Shown piece by piece: positions 37,509 through 47,425 of a stretch of 64,000 bases of DNA. The notes below the pieces were generated by a model. It saw nothing but the letters and a program-made list of their open reading frames with translations, was not told the origin of the DNA and did no database searches. Position numbers and translations under genes: made by a program. Origin of the DNA: Alphaproteobacteria bacterium (lineage in GTDB: Bacteria; Pseudomonadota; Alphaproteobacteria; Caulobacterales; Aquidulcibacteraceae); the NCBI GenBank assembly GCA_031399165.1, contig JANNOO010000033.1:5830-69829 (forward strand). The letters are read 5' to 3'. Numbering within the stretch: the first letter of the stretch is position 1; each line of letters begins with the position of its first letter.

Positions 37509-38756
37509 GTGACCGCAAACTCCTCCGACAGTACGGCGCGCGCCCTCTTCGGCCAGCGCGACTACCTCCGCTACCTAGCTATGCGATGGACGATCGTGCT
37601 CGGCACGCAGATCCAGTCCGTCGCGATGGGCTGGCACATCTACACGCTGGCGCGCCATGAAGGCACGGTAGAAGAATCGGCGCTGCAACTGGGCTGGCTT
37701 GGGCTTGCCTCGTTCATACCGCTGCTTTTGTTGGCGCTGCCGGCCGGTTGGGCAGCCGACCGTTTTGCCCGCAAGCGAACCATCCTAATTTGCATCATCG
37801 GCGAGGCGGCGACTGTAGCCTTCCTGGTGTTCGCCACTGCCGCAGGTATTGCCAGCGTGGCGCTGCTGATCGGCGTAGCGGTGATGTTCGGCGTCTCGCG
37901 CGCCTTCTTCCAGCCCGCCTCTACCGCCATGGCCGCGATGCTTGTGCCCCGGTCGCTGATGCCGCGCGCAATCGGCTGGAACTCATTGGCCTGGCAGAGC
38001 GCGTCAGTAATCGGCCCTGCGATTGGCGGCATCCTTGTAGCGCTCTCGCCGCTGGCGGCGTACGGCGCTGGCCTGGGCCTTTACGCGATAGGCTTTCTGA
38101 CGCTTTTGACGATCCGGCATCATACACAGCCGGAGGCGCAGCCGGGCTCTCCGCTAGCGCTGGTGAAAGAAGGGCTTGGCTACGTCTGGCGCCAGAAGAT
38201 CGTGTTCGGCGCCATCTCGCTCGATCTGTTTGCCGTCTTGCTGGGAGGCGCGACGGCGCTTTTGCCGGTGTTCGCGAAAGACGTGTTGCATGTCGGGCCC
38301 GAGGGGTTTGGCGTCTTGCGCGCCGCGCCGGCAGTGGGCGCCACGATCGTAGCGCTGATCCTCGCCAACGCGCCGATCCGCAACCATGCCGGCGCCTTTA
38401 TCCTCGGCGGCGTATTCGTGTTCGGCGCAGCGACGGTTGTATTCGGCCTCTCGAAACTGTTTCCGCTTTCGGTCGCTGCGCTGGCGATCCTCGGCGGCGC
38501 AGACATGCTGTCCGTGTACGTGCGCCAGACGCTGGTGCAATTGGTGACCCCCGATCCGATGCGTGGGCGGGTGGCCGCCGTCTCGACCCTGTTTATCAGC
38601 GCGTCGAACGAGCTTGGCGAGTTCGAGAGCGGCGTGGCGGCGCGATTCCTTGGCCCCGTCGGCGCGGCCGTATTCGGCGGCGTTTCAGCGATGCTGATCG
38701 TACTGGCCTGGGCGCGGTTGTTCCCAGACCTGCGCAAGGCAGACCGGCTGGAGTGA
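37509..38756 (+). CDS. MFS transporter (EntS/MFS_3-like)
   Basis: About 12 predicted TM helices. Conserved N-terminal ..FGQRDYLRYLAMRW.. places the start near GTG 37509; the exact start is uncertain. Confidence 0.75.
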   Translation: MTANSSDSTARALFGQRDYLRYLAMRWTIVLGTQIQSVAMGWHIYTLARHEGTVEESALQLGWLGLASFIPLLLLALPAGWAADRFARKRTILICIIGEAATVAFLVFATAAGIASVALLIGVAVMFGVSRAFFQPASTAMAAMLVPRSLMPRAIGWNSLAWQSASVIGPAIGGILVALSPLAAYGAGLGLYAIGFLTLLTIRHHTQPEAQPGSPLALVKEGLGYVWRQKIVFGAISLDLFAVLLGGATALLPVFAKDVLHVGPEGFGVLRAAPAVGATIVALILANAPIRNHAGAFILGGVFVFGAATVVFGLSKLFPLSVAALAILGGADMLSVYVRQTLVQLVTPDPMRGRVAAVSTLFISASNELGEFESGVAARFLGPVGAAVFGGVSAMLIVLAWARLFPDLRKADRLE

Positions 38757-38802
38757 CTGGAAAGCACGCGGCGGCCGCCTATATGCAACGCGCGAGGTAT
38801 AC

Positions 38803-39516
38803 ATGATCGAGAAACGGCCTTTTGCGTCACTCGGCGCGTTCAGCAACGATTGGCTGGCGGCGCACCATCATTTTTCGTTCTCCGGCTATCACGACCCAGA
38901 GCGCGTTCATTGGGGCGCATTGCGGGTATGGAACGACGATACGATCCAGCCGAAGACCGGCTTTCCGCCACACTCGCACGCTGACATGGAAATCATCACC
39001 TACGTCCGCGAAGGCGCGATCACGCATGAGGATGGCATGGGCAATCGGGGGCGCACCGAAGCCGGCGACGTGCAGGTGATGAGCGCGGGCGCCGGCATTA
39101 CCCATTCCGAATACAATCTTGAGGACACGCCCACCCGGCTTTTTCAACTCTGGATCCTGCCGAAAACGCGCGGCGGCAAACCGTTCTGGAAGGCGGCGAA
39201 GTTTCCGAAATCGGACCGCGCCGGCGTATTGACGCCGCTGGCTTCAGGCTTCGAAGACGATCAGGCGGCAGGCGCACTGCCCATCCGGCAGGAGGCCCGC
39301 GTGCTCGGCGCCACCCTGCTCGCGGGCAATACGGCCAAATACGAGTTGAAGCCGGGGCGGACCGCCTATCTAGTCGTGGCCAAGGGTGCGGCGCGCGTTA
39401 ACGGCGTCGATCTCGCCGAACGCGACGGCGCGGCCATTAAAGACGATCCGGCACTAGAAATAACCGCCCAATCCGACGCTGAACTGGTGCTCGTCGATGC
39501 GCCGGAGCTCGGATAA
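38803..39516 (+). CDS. pirin family protein
   Basis: GFPPHSHADMEIITYVREGAITHEDGMGN cupin metal-site motif; 237 aa. Confidence 0.9.
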   Translation: MIEKRPFASLGAFSNDWLAAHHHFSFSGYHDPERVHWGALRVWNDDTIQPKTGFPPHSHADMEIITYVREGAITHEDGMGNRGRTEAGDVQVMSAGAGITHSEYNLEDTPTRLFQLWILPKTRGGKPFWKAAKFPKSDRAGVLTPLASGFEDDQAAGALPIRQEARVLGATLLAGNTAKYELKPGRTAYLVVAKGAARVNGVDLAERDGAAIKDDPALEITAQSDAELVLVDAPELG

Positions 39517-39626
39517 TTTGCGCTCACCCAACTCAACCCAGAGTAGTTATACCACTCGGATTTTAAATTTGTTTCCGGCGTAAATTTTTAACCAAATGTT
39601 CGGGTTTCGGGACTGAAATACAGTCA

Positions 39627-40184
39627 ATGAAGCCGCTCCGCCTCGTCCGCGTGCTGGTTGTCGATGACAACAAGCAAATGCGGGTTCTCGTACGCGAATT
39701 GCTACGGGCGCTGGACATCCGCCTGTTGGCGGAAGCAGGCGACGCCGAAGAGGGCTTCAGGGCGCTACGATCCTTCCGCGCCGACCTGGTGATCACTGAC
39801 CTGGCGATGGGCAAGAAGGAAGACGGCATTACGCTGGCTCGCCAGATCAGGCTGGCCAGTAACAGCGCTACGACCACCGTGCCGATCATCATGATGACGG
39901 GCCACGCCGAAATGTCCCGCGTTTCGGCCGCGATCGACGCTGGCGTGAACACCTTCCTGGCCAAGCCGATCTCCGCGCGCTCGCTGGCCGACCACGTCAG
40001 CGCCGGGTTGAACGACCGCCGGCCTTTCATCCGCACGGCCAGTTTTTTCGGTCCCGACCGGCGCCGGCGTCTCCATCCCGATTACGCCGGCCCCTTTCGC
40101 AGGGCGGACGATCATGACATCGACATCGAAGAAGACAGCTCGCTGGTAGGCGGCGCGCCAATGCAACGCGTGCGCGGCCGCTAG
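39627..40184 (+). CDS. response regulator: receiver domain plus ~60-aa C-terminal extension, no recognisable output domain
   Basis: VLVVDDN..., phospho-acceptor context DLVITDLAM, and FLAKP. The tail contains FFGPDRRRR. Confidence 0.85.
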   Translation: MKPLRLVRVLVVDDNKQMRVLVRELLRALDIRLLAEAGDAEEGFRALRSFRADLVITDLAMGKKEDGITLARQIRLASNSATTTVPIIMMTGHAEMSRVSAAIDAGVNTFLAKPISARSLADHVSAGLNDRRPFIRTASFFGPDRRRRLHPDYAGPFRRADDHDIDIEEDSSLVGGAPMQRVRGR

Positions 40185-40810
40185 CGAATCCCGAGAAACT
40201 TGTGCGTTTGCAAGCTCAACCGCCATCGCGGATGTTTGAGACAATAATCGATCGCCGAGCGCGTGGCGCCGGCCAAAATCGGCCCCGCCATCGGCTGCAG
40301 AAAGAAATAATCGAATTGAAGGTCCTCGAACCGCTCGGGCATTGCCTTTGGCTGAGGAAAGACGAGCTTTAACTCATCGCCCGCTCGTTGGTGCAAGGGC
40401 GCATCGGCCTTCGGGCTCACACAGATCCAGTCAATCCCCGACGGCGCAAGCAGGGTGCCGTTGGTTTCGATGGCGATCTCGAATTCGCGCTTATGCAGGG
40501 CGTCGATCAATACATGGTCAAGCTGCAGCAACGGCTCTCCGCCCGTGCAAACGACATAGGGCTGGGCGCCGCCGGGCCATAGCGCCGCGACCGCATCGGC
40601 CAATGAGGCGGCAGTCTCGAACCGGCCTCCGCCCTTGCCATCGACCCCGACAAAATCAGTATCGCAAAAGCTGCACGCCGCCAGTTCGCGGTCAGCTTCG
40701 CGGCCAGACCACAAATTGCAGCCGCTGAACCGCAGAAAAACGGCGGGGCGCCCCGCGCGCGCGCCTTCGCCCTGCAGCGTGTAGAAGAGTTCCTTGACTG
40801 AATAGGTCAT
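40181..40810 (-). CDS. queE: 7-carboxy-7-deazaguanine synthase (radical SAM)
   Basis: ATG at 40810 (MTYSVKELFYTLQGEGARAGRPAVFLRFSGCNL...CSFCDTDF). Confidence 0.9.
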   Translation of the reverse strand: MTYSVKELFYTLQGEGARAGRPAVFLRFSGCNLWSGREADRELAACSFCDTDFVGVDGKGGGRFETAASLADAVAALWPGGAQPYVVCTGGEPLLQLDHVLIDALHKREFEIAIETNGTLLAPSGIDWICVSPKADAPLHQRAGDELKLVFPQPKAMPERFEDLQFDYFFLQPMAGPILAGATRSAIDYCLKHPRWRLSLQTHKFLGIR

Positions 40811-41535
40811 TGGCCGGTGGTGAATTCTTCCCAGCCCCGCGCGCGCAAAGCGCATGCAGGGCAGTCGCCGCAACCATAGCCCCAATCCCAAAGGCGGTCG
40901 CGGTCGCCGCGATAGCAGGTATGCGTCTCCCGCTGGATGAGACGGATCAGCGCTTCGCCGCCCAGATCGCGCGCCAGGCCCCAGGTCTCAGCCTTAGTCA
41001 AGAACATCAGCGGCGTTTCAACCGTCACCGGCGCATCCAGCCCCAGCCGCAGCGCCTGGGCCATCGCCGAAATAGTTTCGGCGCGGCAATCGGGATAGCC
41101 GGCGAAGTCCGTTTCGCACATGCCGCCCACCAGGGTTGAAAAACCCCGCGTGTAGCCAAGCGCGGCGGCGTAAGCGAGAAACACAAGATTGCGTCCCGGC
41201 ACGAACGTGGTGGGCAAGGCGCCCGGCGGGGCTTCGATCGGCTTCTCCGCCGTCAGGGCGCTGTCGGCTAGCGCGCCGAACGCTTTAATGTCGACCGCAT
41301 GGTCGGGACCCAGCTTCGCACCCCAATCGGGAAACGCCCGCACCAGCGCCGCGCGCACAAGCGGGCGCTGGTCAAGCTCGATGCGGTGACGCTGGCCATA
41401 ATCAAAGCCGATGGTCTCCACCCGCTTGAACCGGCTAAGCGCCCAGGCAAGGCAGGTCGTGGAATCCTGCCCAGCAGAAAACAGCACCAGGGCCGAGTCT
41501 TTCCCTTCGTCTATCATCTCCGGAGCATCAGCCAT
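40807..41535 (-). CDS. queC: 7-cyano-7-deazaguanine synthase
   Basis: ALVLFSAGQDSTTCL PP-loop, GFDYGQRH, and a C-terminal Cys cluster CYRG..C..CDCPAC. An alternative start at 41517 is possible. Confidence 0.9.
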   Translation of the reverse strand: MADAPEMIDEGKDSALVLFSAGQDSTTCLAWALSRFKRVETIGFDYGQRHRIELDQRPLVRAALVRAFPDWGAKLGPDHAVDIKAFGALADSALTAEKPIEAPPGALPTTFVPGRNLVFLAYAAALGYTRGFSTLVGGMCETDFAGYPDCRAETISAMAQALRLGLDAPVTVETPLMFLTKAETWGLARDLGGEALIRLIQRETHTCYRGDRDRLWDWGYGCGDCPACALRARGWEEFTTGQ

Positions 41536-41863
41536 GACCGCGCATCTGATCTACTCGACTTGGCCCGGCGCCGCTGAAGCCGAGTTGTGCGCCGCACAAT
41601 TGATTGAACAGAGGTTGGCGGCGTGTGTCACCGTTTTGCCCTCTGCACAATCCACGTTTCGATGGGACGGAAAAGTGCAGCGCAGCACGGAAGCGATCAT
41701 GTTGGTAAAGACTGCCGCGTCGCATAGCAGCGCCGTTCTTGAAGCCGTACGCGCTGCGCATCCCTACGATTTGCCCTGCGTGCTTGCGTTCGCCATAAGC
41801 GCTGAGGGGTCCAATCCTGAATTTCTCCAATGGGTCGCTACGGAAACCACATCCGGGGCATAA
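41534..41863 (+). CDS. cutA: divalent-cation tolerance protein CutA
   Basis: ATG at 41534. ..AAQLIEQRLAACVTVLP...STFRWDGKV....E..MLVKT is the CutA1 pattern. Confidence 0.8.
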   Translation: MTAHLIYSTWPGAAEAELCAAQLIEQRLAACVTVLPSAQSTFRWDGKVQRSTEAIMLVKTAASHSSAVLEAVRAAHPYDLPCVLAFAISAEGSNPEFLQWVATETTSGA

Positions 41864-42011
41864 GCAGGCATCGGCGCGCTTGCAACGACCATGCTGAATT
41901 GCGCGTGCAAGTAGTTGACACAAAACGAGGGTGAGCCTCCACTGCGCGCAAATAAGCGCGGCGCCCGCTGCGCAAGGGGACGGCCGTAACACGCGGCCAC
42001 GGGAGGAAAGC

Positions 42012-44570
42012 ATGAAACCCAAATATTGGGCGCAGGCTTCGTTAACCTGCCTGTCGCTCGCCACGCTGCCGGTCGCCGCCAATGCGCAGGAAAGCGCCAC
42101 CAGCGATGATATCGTGATTACGGCCAGTGGCCGTTCGGCGGCGCTCCAGGATGTGCCAATCGCGGTCACGGCGCTCACCGGCGAAGCCCTTGTGAACGCC
42201 GGCATTACCGATCTGCGCCAGATCGAACAATTGGCGCCCAGCTACCATTTCCAAACCGGCCAATCGAACAGCGCGGGCACGACCGCTTATGTCCGCGGCC
42301 TCGGTACGGCGGGCGATAATCCCGGCTTTGAATCGGCTGTGGGCTTCTTCATTGACGGCGTTTACCGCAACCGCTCGGGCGTTGCGCTCACTGATCTTCC
42401 CGAAGTGCAGCGAATCGAAGTTCTCCGCGGGCCGCAGGGCACCCTGTTCGGCCGCAACACGTCAGCCGGCGCCATCAGCGTCGTAACCGCCAAGCCGGAA
42501 TTTACGCGCCGCACGTTTGGCGAAATAACGTATGGCGATCGAGGCCTTCTCGCCGGCAAGATTGGCATTACCGGCCCGATATCCGGGGACACGATCGCAG
42601 GCCGCATCGACATTTCTGGCATGGGCCAGGACGGCTATATCACCGACAGCATTTCCGGCCGCGACATCAACAACCGCGACCGCGCCAGCGTCCGCGGCCA
42701 ATTGCTGTTCGACATCAATGACAACATGACGTTCCGCGTCATCGCAGATGCAGCCAGGACCGACGAAGAGTGCTGCGGCGTCGTCACCGTGCTGGCCGGA
42801 CCGACCGCGGCAGCGCTGAACGCCATCCGTCCCGGTTCGGTTTTCGTAAATCCCGAAGCGCGCAGTCAATCGATCTCGCCCGGCCGCGATTATGGCGAAA
42901 AGGTCAATGAGAAAGGCATTTCCGGTGAGTTGAACTGGAACATTGGCGGGATGAACCTCACCTCCATCACCGCCTATCGGCTATGGGACGCCAAGCGTAA
43001 CCAAGACATCGATTTCAGCGGCGTCGATCGCGCCTATCGCGAGGGCTATAAGCTCGGCTTTGACACATTCACGCAAGAACTGCGTCTGCAAGGGCAGGCT
43101 GGCAGGCTGGATTGGCTGGTCGGCGGGTTTTACGCCAACGAAAAGCTTGAGCTGAACGACCGCGTCCGCTTCGGCGCGCAGTCCGCGCAATATGTGGACG
43201 TTGTATCGCTCGGCAATACGGCTGGCCTGCTTGGCGCCAACGGCGCGCAATTGTTCGGTACGGCGGGACCGCAGCTGTCAAGCCAGGCAGCTAGCCCCGC
43301 CTTCCGCCCGAATGTCCTTGGCGTGGTCTATCTGCAAAGCCAGGGTGTAAGTTTCGCTACGGCGAACGCAACGCAGCGCGGCACATATGACGCGATCGCC
43401 ACCGCGCTCGCAAATTCGGCGCCGGCTTCCGGCTCAGGCCAGCAAAACGATGCGTGGGCGACGGATACGGAGAGTTGGGCCGCGTTCACGCATAACCAGA
43501 TCGCGCTCACAGACGTCCTCAATCTCACGCTCGGCGCGCGGGTTAACTTTGAGAAGAAAGACCTCAGCGCCAATCTGAACGCGGTAATGCCAGCGTGCGA
43601 CACGCTGCGCTCCGCGACGATCCTGCCCCTACTTCAAGGGGCGATCGCCAATCCGGCGCTAGGGCCGCGGGCGCTGCAGCTCGCCACGCTGGCCTGCAAC
43701 CCGGTCGTCAACACGCTGCAAAACGGCGCGTATGCAGAAAGCACGGACGAGACCGAGTGGAACGGCGTTGCTTCGCTGTCCTACAAAGTGACGCCAGATT
43801 TGATGACCTTCGGGACTGTCTCGCGCGGCTACAAGGCGGGCGGGTTCAACCTCGACCGTTCGAGCTTCACCATCGTGCCCACGACTACGGTCAGACGCCC
43901 GATCAGCGACGTGCAGTTCAAGCCCGAGTTCGTCAACAATTACGAACTCGGATTCAAATGGTCTCCGTTCGCCCGCACGACGCTGAACGGCACGGCGTTC
44001 TATACAGACATTGAGGATTATCAGATCAACGCCTTCACTGGCCTCAACTTTCAGACCTTCAACGCCCCGGCCGCTGTCACCCGCGGGTTCGAACTTGAAA
44101 GCTCCTGGCGCCCGGTCGATGGCCTGACGCTGGCCGCTGGCGCCGTGTTCAACGAGGCGTTCCTAGATAGCGCCGTTACCGTGGGAAGCGGAGCGTTTAG
44201 CGAAACTTTGCCAGAAGGCACGACGCTCGCGCACGCGCCAAGATGGGTGGCCACCGGATCGGCCACTTATGAGCACGCGCTCACGCCGCAGCTGACGGGC
44301 GTCGCCTATGTCGATGGCCGCTGGAACAGCGACTACAAAACCCAGATCATCTTCCGCAACCCGATCACCGACAACGACGCGTATGCGGTGTTCAATGCGC
44401 GTCTCGGCGTGCGCCATGAGGCGGGCTGGTCGGTCGAAGCGTTCGTCAACAATTTTACGGACGAGTTCTACTACCTGCACGGCCTTCCGGTGCCAGAGCA
44501 AACTGGCACCTATGGGATCTATCCATCGCCGCCGCGCACATGGGGCTTAACGCTGAAGGCCGATTTCTAA
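42012..44570 (+). CDS. TonB-dependent outer-membrane receptor
   Basis: Signal peptide ..LATLPVAANAQE, plug motifs (DDIVITASGR, IEVLRGPQGTLFGRNTSAGAI) and a terminal ..WGLTLKADF beta-barrel signature. Confidence 0.9.
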   Translation: MKPKYWAQASLTCLSLATLPVAANAQESATSDDIVITASGRSAALQDVPIAVTALTGEALVNAGITDLRQIEQLAPSYHFQTGQSNSAGTTAYVRGLGTAGDNPGFESAVGFFIDGVYRNRSGVALTDLPEVQRIEVLRGPQGTLFGRNTSAGAISVVTAKPEFTRRTFGEITYGDRGLLAGKIGITGPISGDTIAGRIDISGMGQDGYITDSISGRDINNRDRASVRGQLLFDINDNMTFRVIADAARTDEECCGVVTVLAGPTAAALNAIRPGSVFVNPEARSQSISPGRDYGEKVNEKGISGELNWNIGGMNLTSITAYRLWDAKRNQDIDFSGVDRAYREGYKLGFDTFTQELRLQGQAGRLDWLVGGFYANEKLELNDRVRFGAQSAQYVDVVSLGNTAGLLGANGAQLFGTAGPQLSSQAASPAFRPNVLGVVYLQSQGVSFATANATQRGTYDAIATALANSAPASGSGQQNDAWATDTESWAAFTHNQIALTDVLNLTLGARVNFEKKDLSANLNAVMPACDTLRSATILPLLQGAIANPALGPRALQLATLACNPVVNTLQNGAYAESTDETEWNGVASLSYKVTPDLMTFGTVSRGYKAGGFNLDRSSFTIVPTTTVRRPISDVQFKPEFVNNYELGFKWSPFARTTLNGTAFYTDIEDYQINAFTGLNFQTFNAPAAVTRGFELESSWRPVDGLTLAAGAVFNEAFLDSAVTVGSGAFSETLPEGTTLAHAPRWVATGSATYEHALTPQLTGVAYVDGRWNSDYKTQIIFRNPITDNDAYAVFNARLGVRHEAGWSVEAFVNNFTDEFYYLHGLPVPEQTGTYGIYPSPPRTWGLTLKADF

Positions 44571-44591
44571 CAATCGCGCCACACGCACGAC

Positions 44592-44626
44592 AAAGGGCAG
44601 GCTCCGCGGCCTGCCCTTTATTTTAT
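44592..44626. terminator. hairpin between convergent TonB-receptor and aminotransferase genes
   Basis: AAAGGGCAGGC-TCCGCG-GCCTGCCCTTT forms an 11-bp stem and is followed by ATTTTAT. The aminotransferase stop codon lies within the 3' arm. Confidence 0.6.
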
Positions 44627-45775
44627 CCGCTCACGGAACGCCGCCAGGCGGCGCACGCCTTCATCGATCGTCGCGTCAGTTTTCGAGAAGCACAGCCGCA
44701 CCGTGGAGCGCACGGGATCGCCGGTGTAAAACGCCGACGCCGGGATGGCCGCCACGCCCGCCTCATCTACTGCGCGCATGCAGAATGTCTCGTCATCGAG
44801 CGTGATCCCGGACGCTTCAAGGTCGAGGCACAAAAAATACGTGCCTTCGCTATCCAGCACGGCGTAGCCAGCCTCCCGCAACCCTCTGGCCAGCCGATCG
44901 CGGGAAACGCCGAGCGCGTCACGCATCCCGGTAAAATAGGCATCGTCCTTGCAGAGCCCGTACGCCGCGGCGCGCTGGAGGTTGGGCGGCGTCGTGAACG
45001 TGATGAACTGGTGCGCCTTGGCGACCACGCTCGTCAGCGCTGGCGCGGCGCAGACAAAGCCCACCTTCCACCCCGTTAGCGAGAAAATCTTCCCGGCCGA
45101 GCCGATCTTGACGGTGCGTTCGCGCATGCCTGGCAAACCGATCAGCGGCGTGTGCGTGCGCCCATCGAACACGACATGCTCCCACACCTCATCACACAGC
45201 GCGATCGCGCCGCTGCGCTGGCAGAACGAAGCCAGAAGCGCCAGATCGTCAGCGCCAAAAACAGTGCCCGTCGGATTTAGCGGATTGTTGAAGATCACCA
45301 GCTTGGTGCGCGGCGTGAACGCCTCGGCCAGCATCCCCTCGGTGAAGCGCCAGCGCGGCGGCGCCAGGCGCACCGTGCGCATCACGCCGCCGGCGCGGCG
45401 CACCAGCGGCTCGTAGGCGTCATACAACGGCTGAAACATCACCACCTCATCGCCCGGCGAAACCAGCGCGAAGATCGAGGCGGCCAACGCCTCCGTCGCG
45501 CCGGACGTGATTGTCACCTCGGTTTGCCAGTTGAGATCGAGCGCCTGAAACCGCGCATAATGCGCCGCCACCGCCGCGCGCAGTTCCGGCAGGCCAGCCA
45601 TTGGAGGATACTGGTTCGGCCCATCAAGCAGCGCGCGCGCAGCCGCCTCGCGCACGTCCAAAGGTCCATCAACCTCGGGAAACCCCTGCCCCAGATTGAT
45701 CGCCTGCTTATCGCGCGCCAGACCCGACATGCGCTCAAAAATCGTGGTGGGCAGCGAGGCAAAAATCGGGTTCAT
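44618..45775 (-). CDS. class I/II pyridoxal-phosphate aminotransferase (YbdL/kynurenine-aminotransferase-like)
   Basis: INLGQGFPE.., NNPLNPTG and SAGKIFSLTGWKVG (PLP-Lys) motifs. Confidence 0.9.
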   Translation of the reverse strand: MNPIFASLPTTIFERMSGLARDKQAINLGQGFPEVDGPLDVREAAARALLDGPNQYPPMAGLPELRAAVAAHYARFQALDLNWQTEVTITSGATEALAASIFALVSPGDEVVMFQPLYDAYEPLVRRAGGVMRTVRLAPPRWRFTEGMLAEAFTPRTKLVIFNNPLNPTGTVFGADDLALLASFCQRSGAIALCDEVWEHVVFDGRTHTPLIGLPGMRERTVKIGSAGKIFSLTGWKVGFVCAAPALTSVVAKAHQFITFTTPPNLQRAAAYGLCKDDAYFTGMRDALGVSRDRLARGLREAGYAVLDSEGTYFLCLDLEASGITLDDETFCMRAVDEAGVAAIPASAFYTGDPVRSTVRLCFSKTDATIDEGVRRLAAFRERIK

Positions 45776-45800
45776 GACGGCTCGTACGGCGGGAATAGAA

Positions 45801-47363
45801 ATGACCGAATGGTGGCGCGGCGCGGTTGTTTATCAGATTTATCCACGCAGCTTTGCTGATTCCAACGGAGACGGCTGCGGCGATCTGAACGGGATCGCCA
45901 GCAAGCTCGATTATGTCGCGCGTCTGGGCGCAGATGCGATCTGGCTGTCGCCGTTCTTCCGCTCGCCGATGAAGGATTTCGGCTACGACGTTTCGAATTA
46001 TCGCGCGGTCGATCCGCTGTTCGGCACACTGGCCGATTTCGACGCGCTGATCGCGCGCGCCCATGGGCTCGGCCTGAAGGTTGTTATCGATCAGGTGTTT
46101 TCCCATACGTCGGACCAGCACGCCTGGTTCGCCGAGAGCCGGGCAAGCCGCGCCAATCCGAAAGCCGATTGGTACGTGTGGGCGGACGCGAAGCCGGACG
46201 GCTCGCCGCCGAACAATTGGCAGGCGCTGTTCGGCGGCTCTTCCTGGGAATGGGACTCAAGGCGGCGGCAGTATTACCTGCACAATTTCCTGATCGAGCA
46301 ACCCGATTTGAATGTGCGCCACCCGGCGGTGCAGGAGGCGCTGCTGGCCGAAGCGAAATTCTGGCTCGACCGCGGCGTTGACGGCTTGCGGCTGGACGTG
46401 GCGAACTTCTTTGTTCACGACGCGCTTCTGCGCGACAATCCGCCGATCGCATTCACTGAAACACCTGCGCGGCCGCATCAATTCCAGCGCCACCTCTACG
46501 ATCGTTCGCAACCAGAAACGCTCGCGTTTCTTGCGCGCCTGCGCGCTTTGCTGGATTCCTATCCGGGCCGCTTCGCGGTCGGCGAGATCGAGGACGAAGA
46601 CCCCCTAACGCGCCAGCGCGAATACACGGACGGCCCCGACCGTCTGCACACAGCCTATTCGTTTTTCCTGCTGCGCGCGCAAACCGCAACGCCCGCAATG
46701 TTCGAAGAGGCGATGCGCGGCTGGGCGGGCGCCGATGGCTGGCCCGCGTGGAGCCTTTCAAACCATGACGTGCCGCGCATGGCCTCCCGCCTCGCCGGGG
46801 ACGATCCCCGGCGGGTCAACGTATTGCTGGCGATCCTCCTTTGCTTGCGCGGGACAGCGTTTCTCTATCAGGGCGACGAACTTGGTCTGCCCCAGGCGCA
46901 GGTACCGTTTGAACAGCTGCGCGATCCGGAAGCGATCCGGTTCTGGCCCGAAGGCATCGGCCGCGACGGCGCGCGCACGCCCATGGCCTGGAGCGCGCAA
47001 GGCGGGTTTAGCGCGGGCGAACCATGGCTGCCTTACGACGTGCGCCATCTCGCGCGCGCCGTGGAAGTGCAGGAGCTTGATCCCGAATCCGTACTCGCCT
47101 GTACGCGGGCGCTCATCGCCCTGCGAAAGGCGCATCCCGCCCTGCAAGCGGGAACGTGGGAGAGCCGGCCGGCGCCGCCAGACGTTCTGTTGTTCGATCG
47201 CGCCACGGCCGGGGAGCGGCTGACCTGCGCATTCAATCTTGGCACAGCCGAGCGCCGGGTTCCCATCGAGCCGGGCGCTAACGTGCTCCATTCGCTCGGC
47301 GGCAAAATGGAGCATGACGTGCTCGTTTTGCCGCCGTGGAGCGGCCTTATCGTCGGCCGTTAA
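45801..47363 (+). CDS. GH13 alpha-glucosidase (oligo-1,6-glucosidase/trehalose-6-P-hydrolase-like)
   Basis: WWRGAVVYQIYPRSFADSNGDGCGDLNG, DQVFSHTS, GVDGLRLDVANF, GEIEDE and the NHD motif. ATG at 45801. Confidence 0.9.
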   Translation: MTEWWRGAVVYQIYPRSFADSNGDGCGDLNGIASKLDYVARLGADAIWLSPFFRSPMKDFGYDVSNYRAVDPLFGTLADFDALIARAHGLGLKVVIDQVFSHTSDQHAWFAESRASRANPKADWYVWADAKPDGSPPNNWQALFGGSSWEWDSRRRQYYLHNFLIEQPDLNVRHPAVQEALLAEAKFWLDRGVDGLRLDVANFFVHDALLRDNPPIAFTETPARPHQFQRHLYDRSQPETLAFLARLRALLDSYPGRFAVGEIEDEDPLTRQREYTDGPDRLHTAYSFFLLRAQTATPAMFEEAMRGWAGADGWPAWSLSNHDVPRMASRLAGDDPRRVNVLLAILLCLRGTAFLYQGDELGLPQAQVPFEQLRDPEAIRFWPEGIGRDGARTPMAWSAQGGFSAGEPWLPYDVRHLARAVEVQELDPESVLACTRALIALRKAHPALQAGTWESRPAPPDVLLFDRATAGERLTCAFNLGTAERRVPIEPGANVLHSLGGKMEHDVLVLPPWSGLIVGR

Positions 47364-47425
47364 CCATATGGAAACCTTCAAGTGGAGAATGCGCTCGGGG
47401 CGTCATGCGCCCCGGAGGAAGCAGA

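Noticed and set aside
41864-42011. A possible riboswitch (CCACTG, B12-box-like) in the 148-nt leader of the TonB-dependent receptor.
   Set aside because: Only this hexamer resembles the cobalamin element, and the other conserved cobalamin-riboswitch segments are not visible. The receptor is large (852 aa) and sits near carbohydrate-utilisation genes rather than btu/cob genes.
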